Part shown: piece by piece, positions 29,242-40,600 of the stretch
Layout of the letters: each line of letters starts with the position of its first letter
Numbering within the stretch: position 1 is the first letter of the stretch
Assembly (NCBI GenBank): GCA_016710985.1
Contig: JADJTX010000015.1
Location: 63,859-127,858 of the forward strand
Reading direction: 5' to 3'
Source of the DNA: Ignavibacteria bacterium
Lineage (GTDB): Bacteria > Bacteroidota > Ignavibacteria > Tepidaquicellales > Tepidaquicellaceae
DNA length: 64,000 nt
Position numbers and translations under genes: made by a program
Notes under the pieces: model-generated
Seen by the model: only the letters and a program-made list of their open reading frames with translations
What the model was told of the DNA's origin: nothing
The model's database searches: none

Positions 29242-32200
29242 CTAACCCTTCTCCTCAATGCATATTTCTCCTGTTACACCAACCGGAACATTATTTTGAC
29301 ACTCATCTAAAATATACACAACTGTATTTGAAATTGGTTTTCCTATTGGAGGAGTTATGTAAGAATCTTTTTCGGATAGTTCATAGAAGCTCGTAACTAC
29401 AGTGTTCTCCGTAGGTCCGTAATTATTTACTAATTTGAATGTCTTATGCTCCATTAATAGACCTTGTAACTTGTCTCCGCCTGTAAGTAAATATCGCAAG
29501 GAATCTAATTTATCGAGTGATTCATTAATAAATTCCGGCACAATTGCCGTCGGCATAAAACTATGTGTTATTCTGTTTTGATTAATTAAGTTTAATAAAG
29601 CATCAGTTGATAAACGTGTGTCATCATCAATAATAGTTATTGAAGCACCGGCAGATAAATATGGCCAGATCTCCCAACCGAAAGCGTCAAATCCAACTCC
29701 GGCCATTGCAGTACAACGGCTTTGTGAGGTTACTTTGTAAGTTTGATTATGCCACATTATCAGATTTAATAAACCTGAATTTTCAATCATCACTCCCTTT
29801 GGTTTACCGGTTGATCCTGATGTGTAAATTACATATGCGAGCTGATCAGGCTTAATGATTTTATCAGGATTATCATAAGACATTTTGTCTATCTTTGACC
29901 AGTCTCCGCCTATTTCAATGATCTCAATTTTTTCAGATACAGGTATTTTAGATCTGAATGATTTACTGCTCAAAACAATTGCAGCATCTGTGTCCTCAAG
30001 CATGAATCTGATTCGTTCATCCGGATATTCAGGATCAACCGGTACATATGCACCGCCTGACTTTAATACTCCCAGTATCCCGATAATCATTCCTGCACTT
30101 CTGTCCATGCAAATAGGAATAAGAGTTTCATCTTTTACTCCTTTACTTATTAAATAGTGCGCCAGTTTATTTGAACGTTCATTTAGTTCTTTGTAAGTTA
30201 ATTTTTCACTTCCAAAAAATATTGCTGGGCTGTCCGGTGTTTTTTCTGCATGTTCCTCAAATAAATCAATTGGTGTTTTGTCTGTTTGGAAATCAACTTT
30301 AGTATTATTAAACTCAACCCTTAACATGTGCAGTTCTTCTTTTGTCAGCATGGACATCTCCCCGACATTTTGTTCCGGGTTCAATACGATAGACTTTAGT
30401 AACTCTTTAAAATGTTCGATCATTCTGTTTATCGTATCAGCATTAAAGAGATCAGTGCAATACTGAATATTGCCGACAAAACCCTGAGCTGTTTCATTTA
30501 TGTTTACAGTAAGATCAAACTTAGCTGATGTATGTTCGTGACCTTCCTTGGAGAGCATTACATTTCCTAATTGCAGCTTTGGAATATCAGGTGTATTCTG
30601 TAATACAAACATTACCTGAAATATAGGAGTCCTGCTTTGATCCCTGTCCTTCACTACCGCATCCACCACCTTCTCAAACGGCACATCCTGATATTCATAT
30701 GCCTTCAGTGTTGTTGCTTTAATTTTTTGAAGTAAATCTTTAAAGCCTTCGTTTCCATTTACTTCACTTCTCAATGCAAGCGTATTTATAAAGAAGCCTA
30801 TCAGCCCTTCGAGATTCTGCTGCTGCCTGCCCGCTACCGGCGTGCCGATACAGATGTCGTGCTGAGAGCTGTATCTGTAAAGCAATACGTTCAGCGCTGC
30901 AAGCAAAGTCATAAACAGTGTCGTCCCGTTTTCCTGTGATATTTTATTCAGCTTATCCGATATGTCCTTTTCAATTTTAAATCCTGCAACAGCTCCCCGT
31001 ATGCTCTGCATCGCAGGTCTGTTAAAATCTGTCGGCAGCTGCAGCGGCTCTGATCCCGCAAGGTTCTCCTTCCAGTACTCAAGCTTCTTCTCAAGTACTT
31101 CGCCCTGAAGATACTTCCTCTGCCACATCGCATAATCCGCATACTGCAATGGCAGCGGCTGAAGCTTCGGCTCTCTTCCCTCTTCAAATGCTCCGTATAA
31201 TTCAACAAGCTCCTTCACTATCACCGACGTTGACCAGCCGTCCGAAGCTATATGATGCAGCGTCACCGCAAGTACGTGATCTTCTTCACTCATCTTTATA
31301 AGTTGAGCTCTTAACATATAATCTTCCGATAAATTAAACGGCGTGCTGATCAGCTGCTTTATGTAACTCTGTAACTTGTCTTTATCTTTATCCTCACTGT
31401 ATTCTTTTCCGTCTATGGTTTCTAAACTCCATCCCTCACTGTCTTTGATAAACTGATAGCCCACGCCTTCTTCTTCACGTATCACCGTGCGGAGAACTTC
31501 GTGCCGTTCGATTATGCTTCTTAATGATCTTTCCAATGCTTCCGTGTTCAGCTTACCTGTCAATCTCAGCACCGACGGTACGTGATACTGAACGCTGCCT
31601 TCAAGATGATCTATGAACCAAAGTCTCTCCTGACTGAATGACAATGGTATCCTTTGAGGACGTTCCTTTATTACTTCAATTGCAGGCAGCACTTCCGCAT
31701 CTGACTGAACTTCAAGCTGTCCTGAAAGCAATGCTACTGTCGGATAATCAAAGATATCTCCGATCGGCATCTCTACATTAAATGCTTTTCGTATCGCTGA
31801 TATTAATCTTACTGCCAAAAGCGAGTGACCGCCAAGCTCAAAGAAATCATCGTGTATGCCTACCTGATCAACTTCTAAAACTTCTTTCCATATCTCTGCT
31901 AACTTAGTTTCTGCTTCATTACGCGGAGCCGTAAATCCTTCACTCATTATATCAAGTGTCTCAGGATCCGGTAATGCATTCCTGTCTGTCTTACCATTTG
32001 CGGTTAATGGAAACTCTGTAAGCTCTATCAACACAGAAGGTACCATGTATTCAGGAAGCTTCTCTTTTAAGAAACTTGTGATCGCTTCTTTATCAAATCC
32101 TCTTCCGGTTTCTCTTCCGGTTTCTTTGTCAATGGTTACATAGCCGACTAATCTTCTGTTGCCCTGCTTATCTTCTCTCGCAAGCACTACTGCCTGAGAT

Positions 32201-34278
32201 ACTGACTCACTCTGCTGAAGTACACTCTCTATCTCGCCAAGCTCTATCCTGTATCCTCTTATCTTTATCTGATCATCTACACGTCCAATGAAAAGTATAT
32301 TACCATCCGGTAAATATTTCACAAGATCACCTGTCCCGTACATTAACGAGTCATGTTCATCATCTTTATGAACTTTATGAACTTTACTAACTTTATGAAC
32401 TTTATGAACTTTATGAACTTTTTCAAACGGATTCTCTACAAACTTTGCTTTCGTTAATTCTTCATTGTTAAAATATCCTCTGGCGACTCCGTCTCCCGAT
32501 ATATAAAGTTCTCCCGGTACGCCTGCCGGACACAGCTGCCTGTCTTTTGTTAAAATGTAAACCTGCGTATTCGAGAACGGCTTTCCGATAGGAATCGTAT
32601 TAACAAAGTTTGTATAGTCTGTTTGTGTGTCCACTTCGTGAAGCAGTTTTCCGATAGTTGTCTCCGTCGGTCCGTAGTGATTTACTATTCTGCAATCTGT
32701 ACCCGTCTCTCTGATCTTTTCAATCAGCTCCGATTGAAGTGCTTCACCGCCGAATACCAGCAGCTTCTTTGGCAACAGTAACTTATCTTCATTCATCAAA
32801 GCTTTCCAGTGCGAAGGAACTATCTTTAAACAATCTATGCTGTGTTCTTTAAAATATCCGTGTATGTATTCTATGTTGCTTACTGATTCTTTTGTAAATA
32901 AATGCAATGCTCCGCCTGTTAACAGCGAACTGTAGATCACAGTATTCCCAAGATCGGTTGCAATGGTTGAAACCAACGCAAATGAACGGCTCTCATTTAT
33001 ACTTATCTTTTCATTTAATCCAAATACATAATCAACAAGACTTCTGTGTTCTATCATAACGCCTTTTGGCTTACCCGTCGAGCCCGATGTATAGATCACG
33101 TATGCTAAATTATCAGGTGATACTTTTGTCTGAAGGTTTTCTTTCGGTTCGCCTGTTACTTTTTCTATTTCTATTACTTCGATGTTTTCTGTAAAAGGTA
33201 ATTTTGATCTGCTCTGTTTACTGCTTACAATTATTTTAGCTTTGGTATCTTCAAGCATGTATCTGATCCTGTCCTGCGGGAAGTCCGTATCGACCGGCAC
33301 ATAAGCTGCACCCGATTTCATTATGCCAAGCATTCCGATCATCATCTCAATACCGCGTTGCGAATACAGCGGAACGGCTGTTTCTTCCTTAACTCCTTTG
33401 CTTCTCAGATAATGAGCCAGCTGATTTGAACGTTCATTTAATTCAAGATAAGAAAGTTCTTTGCCTTCGAAAACAACTGCAGCTGCGTGAGGTGTCTTTT
33501 TAACCTGATCCTCGAACAGATCAACTATGCTCTTGTCTTTCGGATAAATTACCGCTGAAGTATTTATCTCTGCTGACAACTGATGCTCTTCCTCTTTGCT
33601 CAGCATCGGCAGAAGACCTATCTTCTGATCCGGATCTTTTATGACTGATCTGAGCAGCTCTTTGAAATGCTCTGTCATGCGGCTTATCATCCGCTCCGAA
33701 TAAAGATCCGACCTGTACTGAACCGATACCATCAGGCCGTTTGGAGTTTCATTTACAAAAAATGTTATCTCAAACTTCGATACATTATTCTCAAATGCTT
33801 CCGTACTCATCCGCACCTCGCCAAGCTGCAGCTGCGGAACCTCAGGTGTATTATGCAATACCAGCATCACCTGAAACAGCGGGCTTCTGCCCGGATCTCT
33901 GTCCTTCACTACCGCATCTACCACTTTCTCAAACGGAACTTCCTGATGTGAGTATGCATCAAGTGTCGTCTGCTTTACCTGATGAAGCAACTCAATGAAT
34001 GTTTCATCATTGCTTACTTCACTTCGCAGAGCAAGTGTATTTACAAAGAATCCGATAAGGTTTTCGATCTCCTGCTGCGGACGGTTGGTAATGGAAGTTC
34101 CTACTGATATGTCACTCTGTCCGCTGTACCTGTATAGCAGCACATTAAAAGCTGAAAGCAAGGTCATGAACAATGTACTGCCCTGCTGACGGCTTAATTC
34201 ATTAAGTCCGTTTGCTGTTTCCTTTTCTACCTTAAAGCTCTGAGTTGTGCCGCTGTTTGTTTTCACGCTTGAGCGCAT
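29242..34278 (-). CDS. NRPS gene 2 fragment: C9 (C-terminal part)-A9(Asp code)-T9-C10-A10(Leu code, up to core A6)
   Basis: A cores LAYVIYTSGSTGKPKG twice, NHYGPTETT and NNYGPTENT. PCP FFELGGHSLLA. C motif LHHIASDGWS. It is in frame with ORF 34348-34629 across the TAA at 34348-34350. Confidence 0.9.
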   Translation of the reverse strand: MRSSVKTNSGTTQSFKVEKETANGLNELSRQQGSTLFMTLLSAFNVLLYRYSGQSDISVGTSITNRPQQEIENLIGFFVNTLALRSEVSNDETFIELLHQVKQTTLDAYSHQEVPFEKVVDAVVKDRDPGRSPLFQVMLVLHNTPEVPQLQLGEVRMSTEAFENNVSKFEITFFVNETPNGLMVSVQYRSDLYSERMISRMTEHFKELLRSVIKDPDQKIGLLPMLSKEEEHQLSAEINTSAVIYPKDKSIVDLFEDQVKKTPHAAAVVFEGKELSYLELNERSNQLAHYLRSKGVKEETAVPLYSQRGIEMMIGMLGIMKSGAAYVPVDTDFPQDRIRYMLEDTKAKIIVSSKQSRSKLPFTENIEVIEIEKVTGEPKENLQTKVSPDNLAYVIYTSGSTGKPKGVMIEHRSLVDYVFGLNEKISINESRSFALVSTIATDLGNTVIYSSLLTGGALHLFTKESVSNIEYIHGYFKEHSIDCLKIVPSHWKALMNEDKLLLPKKLLVFGGEALQSELIEKIRETGTDCRIVNHYGPTETTIGKLLHEVDTQTDYTNFVNTIPIGKPFSNTQVYILTKDRQLCPAGVPGELYISGDGVARGYFNNEELTKAKFVENPFEKVHKVHKVHKVSKVHKVHKDDEHDSLMYGTGDLVKYLPDGNILFIGRVDDQIKIRGYRIELGEIESVLQQSESVSQAVVLAREDKQGNRRLVGYVTIDKETGRETGRGFDKEAITSFLKEKLPEYMVPSVLIELTEFPLTANGKTDRNALPDPETLDIMSEGFTAPRNEAETKLAEIWKEVLEVDQVGIHDDFFELGGHSLLAVRLISAIRKAFNVEMPIGDIFDYPTVALLSGQLEVQSDAEVLPAIEVIKERPQRIPLSFSQERLWFIDHLEGSVQYHVPSVLRLTGKLNTEALERSLRSIIERHEVLRTVIREEEGVGYQFIKDSEGWSLETIDGKEYSEDKDKDKLQSYIKQLISTPFNLSEDYMLRAQLIKMSEEDHVLAVTLHHIASDGWSTSVIVKELVELYGAFEEGREPKLQPLPLQYADYAMWQRKYLQGEVLEKKLEYWKENLAGSEPLQLPTDFNRPAMQSIRGAVAGFKIEKDISDKLNKISQENGTTLFMTLLAALNVLLYRYSSQHDICIGTPVAGRQQQNLEGLIGFFINTLALRSEVNGNEGFKDLLQKIKATTLKAYEYQDVPFEKVVDAVVKDRDQSRTPIFQVMFVLQNTPDIPKLQLGNVMLSKEGHEHTSAKFDLTVNINETAQGFVGNIQYCTDLFNADTINRMIEHFKELLKSIVLNPEQNVGEMSMLTKEELHMLRVEFNNTKVDFQTDKTPIDLFEEHAEKTPDSPAIFFGSEKLTYKELNERSNKLAHYLISKGVKDETLIPICMDRSAGMIIGILGVLKSGGAYVPVDPEYPDERIRFMLEDTDAAIVLSSKSFRSKIPVSEKIEIIEIGGDWSKIDKMSYDNPDKIIKPDQLAYVIYTSGSTGKPKGVMIENSGLLNLIMWHNQTYKVTSQSRCTAMAGVGFDAFGWEIWPYLSAGASITIIDDDTRLSTDALLNLINQNRITHSFMPTAIVPEFINESLDKLDSLRYLLTGGDKLQGLLMEHKTFKLVNNYGPTENTVVTSFYELSEKDSYITPPIGKPISNTVVYILDECQNNVPVGVTGEICIEEKG
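32368..32421 (-). repeat. In-frame 9-bp tandem repeat x6 in A9, encoding (KVH)3-KVS-(KVH)2
   Basis: The + strand reads atgaacttt x2, actaacttt, atgaacttt x3. Protein: FEKVHKVHKVHKVSKVHKVHKDDEHD, lying between A-core GDGVARGYF and YGTGDL. Confidence 0.9.
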
Positions 34279-34347
34279 GAGATCAGAAGGAAGATGTAAA
34301 ACTGAAACTCCGTCCAGTTTCTTTTTCCAGTAGTCAAGCTTTTTATC

Positions 34348-34629
34348 TTATACCTCTCCCTGCAGATAATTCCTCTGCCATATCGCAAAATCCGCATACT
34401 GAAGTTTCAATGACTCTAAAGTTAAAGGATTACCTTCTTCATAAGATCTGTAAAGCTCCGTCACATCCTTTACTATGATCGGCATTGACCACGCATCCGA
34501 AGCAATATGGTGCATTGTTACTACAAGTATGCTCTCATCTTCCTGAAGATTGATCAGCTCTGCACGAAGCATATAATCTTTTGACAAGTCGAAAGGTATG
34601 TTGATAAGCTGCTGTATGTAATCCTTCAA
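34348..34629 (-). CDS. NRPS gene 2 fragment: central part of C9 (HHxxxD motif region)
   Basis: VVTMHHIASDAWSMPIIVKDVTELY...LQYADFAIWQRNYLQGEV. Near-identical paralogue text occurs in C6 (ORF 44548-48645). It is bounded by a 1-nt frameshift at about 34,628 and the TAA at 34348-34350. Confidence 0.85.
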   Translation of the reverse strand: MKDYIQQLINIPFDLSKDYMLRAELINLQEDESILVVTMHHIASDAWSMPIIVKDVTELYRSYEEGNPLTLESLKLQYADFAIWQRNYLQGEV

Positions 34630-37600
34630 AGCTGTGCATCATCCTTAAAAACCGTACCGTCTGTGATTCCTAACTTCCACTCATCTGTACTCTTGATATG
34701 CTGATAAGGGCTGCCGTCTTCCTGAAGGATCACCGTACGGAGCACTTCGTGACGGCTGATGATCTCACGCAATGAATATGTTAACGCTTCTGTATTTATT
34801 TTACCTTTGAACCGCAAAACGGATCTGACATGGTATTGAATGCTTCCTTCTAACTGATCAATGAACCAAAGCCGCTCCTGACTGAAAGACAGTGGTATTT
34901 TTTCCGGGCGATTTGATAAGACTTCGATTGAAGGCAGTACTTCTGAATCAGACTGGTTCTGAAGTTGTGATGCAAGCAACGCTACTGTCGGATATTTAAA
35001 AATAATAGTGATGGGTATTTCCAGTCTTAACTCTCTTCTTATTGCTGATATCAAACTTATTGCATCCAGTGAGTGCCCACCCAGATCAATGAATTCATCA
35101 TGTATACCTATCCTGTCAATATCTAAAACCTCCTGCCAGATTTCTGCCAGCTTTGCTTCAATGTCATTGCGGGGAGATTCATACTGTTTGCTTAATTCAC
35201 CTGAAGTCTCAGGATCAGGTAATCCCTTTCTGTCTATCTTTCCGTTTGATGTCAAAGGAAAACTCTCTAACTCAACCCACTGCGCTGGGATCATATAATC
35301 AGGTAATCTGCCGGATAAGTATAATATCAATGCTTCTTTGTTAAAAATATTTTCAGGCACTACATAAGCTGTCAGTCTTCGGTTGCCAGAATTATCCTCT
35401 CTTGCAAGTATCACTGATTGCTTAACCTCATCGCACTGCTGAAGCACACTTTCAATCTCTCCGAGTTCGATTCTGTATCCGCTTATCTTTACCTGATCAT
35501 CCGTCCTGCCCTTGTATTCTATATTGCCGTCCGGGAGCCATCGTCCCAGATCTCCGGTCCTGTATAGTTTAGCGCCTGCTTCGCCGAACGGATCTGTTAT
35601 GAACTTCTCTTTTGTCAGTTCGGGTAAATTCAAATATCCAATTGATAAACCGTCGCCACCTATGCATATCTCACCGGTTACTCCTGCGGGAAGCAGCTCC
35701 TGATTTTCATCAAGTATGTATATTCTTACATTATCTATTGGCTTACCGATCGGAATTTCATTTCTTAAATTTACTGTATCATTCTGAATATTAAAACAAA
35801 ATATACTGCATCCTACTGTTGCTTCTGTCGGTCCGTATTCATTAATTATCTCCACATCAATTCTTTTTTCGATCAGATAACTTAACTGACTCAACAATAA
35901 TGCTTCACCTCCAATCACCAGTTTCTTAGTCAAAAGGTTTCCGTCAGGAAGCTTCATCTTCGTCTGCAATAGCTCCAAATGCGAAGGGGTGATCTTAATG
36001 AAATCATATGGAGCAAACTTCTGAAGATTAATGTCATCAAAAACATCAACAGATTGACTCGAACCTATGACGACTGACTTACCTTTTATCAACGGCATGA
36101 AAATACCTGTTACTGATGCGTCGAAAGTATATGATAAGTGTATATAGCTTCCTGCATTGCTGCCATCATTGTTTATGTAATTGGTTTTGCCGTTAGTAAG
36201 ATAACTAAATAAGTTCTTATGCTGTATCATCACGCCTTTGGGATTACCTGTTGAACCGGAAGTATAAATAATATAAGCGAGATCATCTCCTTCTATTACT
36301 TTTCCCGGGTTGTCAGTATTCATTTTCTCAAATTGAGACATACCCTCGTCGATGATTATGACATTCTCTTCAGATGTGTGCGTAAAATTTGATTTGTTTT
36401 CATGATTTGTAACAATTAATTCACTACCGGTATTATCGACCATGTATTTTATTCTTTCATCAGGATAATCCGGATCAATCGGCACATAAGATCCTCCGGA
36501 TTTTAGTATGCCAATTATTGCTATGATCATCTCAAATGAATTCTCCAGGCAAACAGGGACAGGAATATTTTCTTTAATGCCTTTACTGATAAGATAATGT
36601 GCTAACCGGTTTGCACGTGTATTTAAAACTTCATAAGTGATTTTATCGTCTTTACAAATCAACGCAATAGCATCCGGTGTTTTAAATACCTGTCCCTCAA
36701 ACAACTCAATTGCACTCTTGTATTTCTGAGTATCTGTTCTCCTACGGTTAAACTCTTCGAGTATCTCATGCTCTTCGGCAGAGGTAAGCAGCTTAACATC
36801 CCTCAGCTTTTCATTTTCATTTTTAATAAACTGAAATAATACATGTTCAAAATGATTACGTATTTCATTTACATATTCGTCTTTAAGCAAACCGGAGTTA
36901 TATGAAAAACGGACACTTACTTTTTCCGCATTCACTATTGTTAGACTCAGCGGGAAATTGTTCTGCTCCGTTACAAGTATGTTCTCAACTTTCAGTTTCC
37001 AGTCATGAGAGGATATTAATTTACTTATCGGATAATTCTGGAATGTAAGAGTAGTGTCAAACAGATCACCGTGTAATCCTGACCATTTCTGAATATCGTG
37101 TATTGGAGTGAACTGATATTGTCTTGACAAGGCTTCTTTATTTTGCATGCTCCTTAACCAGTCTCCTATCTTTTCATTCTGCAGTATAGTTGCACAAGAA
37201 GGAACTGTGTTGATATACATTCCAACACGATTTTCTACACCGGGTAAATCATCAGGACGCCCGGAAACCGTAACTCCAAAAATTATTTCTTTACTTCCTG
37301 AATACCTGTGTAAAAGATATGACCAAACTCCCTGTATTAATGTATTTAGTGTAATTCGATTTGCCTGAGCATAACTTTGAATTTTTTCAGAATAAGAAGT
37401 ATCCAACTCAAGTGTGGATTGTTTATATAACCCCAGACCTTTTGTTCTCTCTGAAGTCGTTTCTATAAAAGGAAGCAGGGAACTGTCTCCGGTAGTATTC
37501 AGATAATTACCCCAGAATTTTTTTTCATCTTCTTTTTCAAGTCTTTCAATGTATCGGATATAATCTTCAAACCGGTCATCTTCCCCGGGTTTTATTTCAA

Positions 37601-40600
37601 TACCTGAAACAACAGAATCGTAAACGTTTAAAAACTCTTCAACCAATATCTGAAGCGACCACCCGTCAAACAATATATGATGATATGTGAGAAGCATTCG
37701 GTAGCGGTCATCACTTATCCGGAATAAAGCAACACGCATCAACGGAGCTGATTTGAAAACGAAACCTTTAGCCCTGTCTGATCTTGTATATTCTTTAATC
37801 TCGTTTTCAATCTCACCCGGATCTGTTTTTCTGTGATCGATAATCTCAACTGATATTTCAGCTTCTCTGTAAACACATTGAACCGGAACTTTGAATGAAT
37901 CATAATAAAATCCGCTTCGCAGAATACTGTGATTATTTAAAACAGAGTTCCAGCTTCTAATCAATTTATCAATATCCGGATTTACCAGATCACAGGCAAG
38001 TTGATTAATGTAAGATCCTGCTCTCCCATCATACAAAGAATGAAACAGCATCCCCTGCTGAAGTCCGCTCAACCTGTATAAAGCTTCGATCGACTCTCTC
38101 CTCGCTTTGCCTTTGTACGGCTCTTCAAGGAATTTATCCAGCTCTTCATATCTGACCTCTGATCCCAATCCATAATCCGAAGGCGTAAATATCTCTCCTG
38201 ATCTCTGCTGCTCAACACAGTGCGCTATCAGTTCTTCAAGTTTCGTTTTATATATTTCTGTCAGCTTTCCTATCGTTTCATTATCAAAATGCCTGCTGCT
38301 GTAATTCCATCTCAGCGTTAACTTCCCGCCCTGCACAAATCCGTTTATCATCAGCTTCTCTTTTACAATATGCTCACCGCTTATGTCCTCTCCCTTTGAC
38401 TCGCCTGCGCCTGAAAACAATTTGCCCGAGCTTACTACATTGTCAAGCTGCCCGAGATAGTTAAACACTACATCCCAGTTTCCTTTATCTCTAAGCTTCT
38501 CATCTTTATTTATATATTTTAATACTCCGTAGCCCAGCCCCTTGTCCGGTATTCTGCGCAGCTGTTCCTTCACAGCTTTGATCGAATCCGATAAAGTTTT
38601 ATTTATTTCCGGTTCAATTAGTACAGGATAAAGATTTGTAAACCAACCAACCGTCCTGCTTGTATCTATATTCTCTGAGCTTTCTGAAATGCTTTCTCTG
38701 CCGTGTCCTTCAAGTCCTATGACTATTTTATCTTTTGCTCCCCATTCACAAATTGTCTGTGCAAGAGCGCAAAGAAGCATGTCGTTTATCTCAGTATGAT
38801 ATGCACGCGGAACTTCCTGCAATAACTCCTTAGTCCTTTCAGAGTCAAGACGCATCACCTGACTTTCAAGATCTTTTGCCCTTACAGCTCCGGTAAATTC
38901 TTTGTCAACCTTCAGTGCTTCATAGCTGTCTGCTGTCTCTTCCCAGTAATTGATCTGTGATAATAATCTTCTGCTCTTTCCGTATTCAGCAAGAGCTTCA
39001 TACCACTGTCTGTATGAACTGCTCTTTAGTCCAAGTTCTGCTTTTTCATTCTTCGTAAATCCATTCAGAAGAAGTTCAAGGTCGTCAAGAATTATCCGCC
39101 ATGATACTCCGTCAACCGCAAGGTAGTGCACTATGATTAAGATCGTGTTGCTTGTTTCACTCTCAGGAGTTTCGATAAATACAAACTTTGCCATTTCTCC
39201 CTTCTCTATATTAAGACTGCTCTGATATTTCTCAGCATGCTCTTTTATCTTTTCGGCAAGAGAACTTGCTTGTGCTGATTTCAGGTCCAATACATTCAAT
39301 ACGCCTTTCTCTGTCCCGTACTCCTGAATCCAGTCTCCGTCTGCTTTATGATAAATAAATCTAAGTGCATCGTGATGAGCTGTCAGCATTTCAACTGCAA
39401 TACCGAGCATCTCCGGTGTCACTGTCTTATCTATTGATAATAAAACACTTTGGTTAAAATGTGAAGTGTCTGTATCGGAAACTGAATCTGATCCATCTAA
39501 ATACCATTGCTGTATCGGAAGCAATCCGCTTCTGCCTGTTAATGATCCCTGCTCTGCAGTTAATTCAGATGCCGTACGTTCTGCCAGTACTGCGCTCAGA
39601 CCGCTTATTGTCTGATGAATAAATATATCCTTCGGCTTCAATTCATATCCCATCCTCCTTGCACGGCTCAGCACCTGTATCGTTATGATCGAATCACCGC
39701 CAAGCTCGAAGAAGTTATCATTTATTCCCACACGCTCTACACGAAGCAGTTCTTTCCAGATCTCCGCCAGTACCAGCTCTGTCTCATTTCGCGGAGCTGC
39801 ATACTCATTGCTTACAAGTTCGCTTGCATCAGGGTCAGGCAATGCTCTCTTATCGATCTTACCGTTCTGTGTCAGCGGAAGACTCTCCATCTCTACCCAC
39901 AATGAAGGTATCATGTAATCCGGAAGTCTGATGTTAAGATAATTTATAATTGCATCTTTGTTAAATGCTCCATCGGGAACGACATATCCTACAAGCCTTT
40001 TACTTTCACCGGACGTTTGGCGCGCAAGTACTACCGACTGCCGGACCAATCCGCTTTCCTGTAAAGTATTCTCAATCTCTCCAAGCTCAATTCTGTATCC
40101 GCGTATCTTTACCTGATCATCGATCCTCCCGAGATACTCTATGTTACCGTCAGCAAGCCACCGTCCCCGGTCGCCTGTCCTGTATAGCCTTGCTCCTTCT
40201 TCCTTGCTGAACGGATCTTTTACAAATTTTTCTTCTGTCAGATCTGTGCGGTTTAAATATCCTATCGAAACACCTGCGCCGCTTATGCATATTTCTCCCG
40301 GTACTCCGGCAGGTGATATTTCTCCTCCTTCACTTAATATATATATCTGAACATTATCTATAGGCTTTCCGATGGATATTTCATTTTTCAAATTTCCATT
40401 AACTCCCGCAGCGTTAAACTCATATACACTGCAACCTACAGTCGTCTCAGTCGGTCCGTACTCATTTACAATGTTTACATCAATTCTATTTTCAGTAAAG
40501 TAACTAATGTGACTATGAAGCAATGCTTCACCTCCAATCACTAACTTCTTCGTTAACAATCCGCCGTCCCCTGTTTTCATTTTTGCCTGTATCAATCCAA

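Larger units (their letters stand above)
30650..34811 (-). repeat. Copy 2 of the about 4.2-kb duplication (C9 body-A9-T9-most of C10)
   Basis: See copy 1. The offset is 11,080 nt at the upper end and 11,052 nt at the lower end. Confidence 0.8.
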
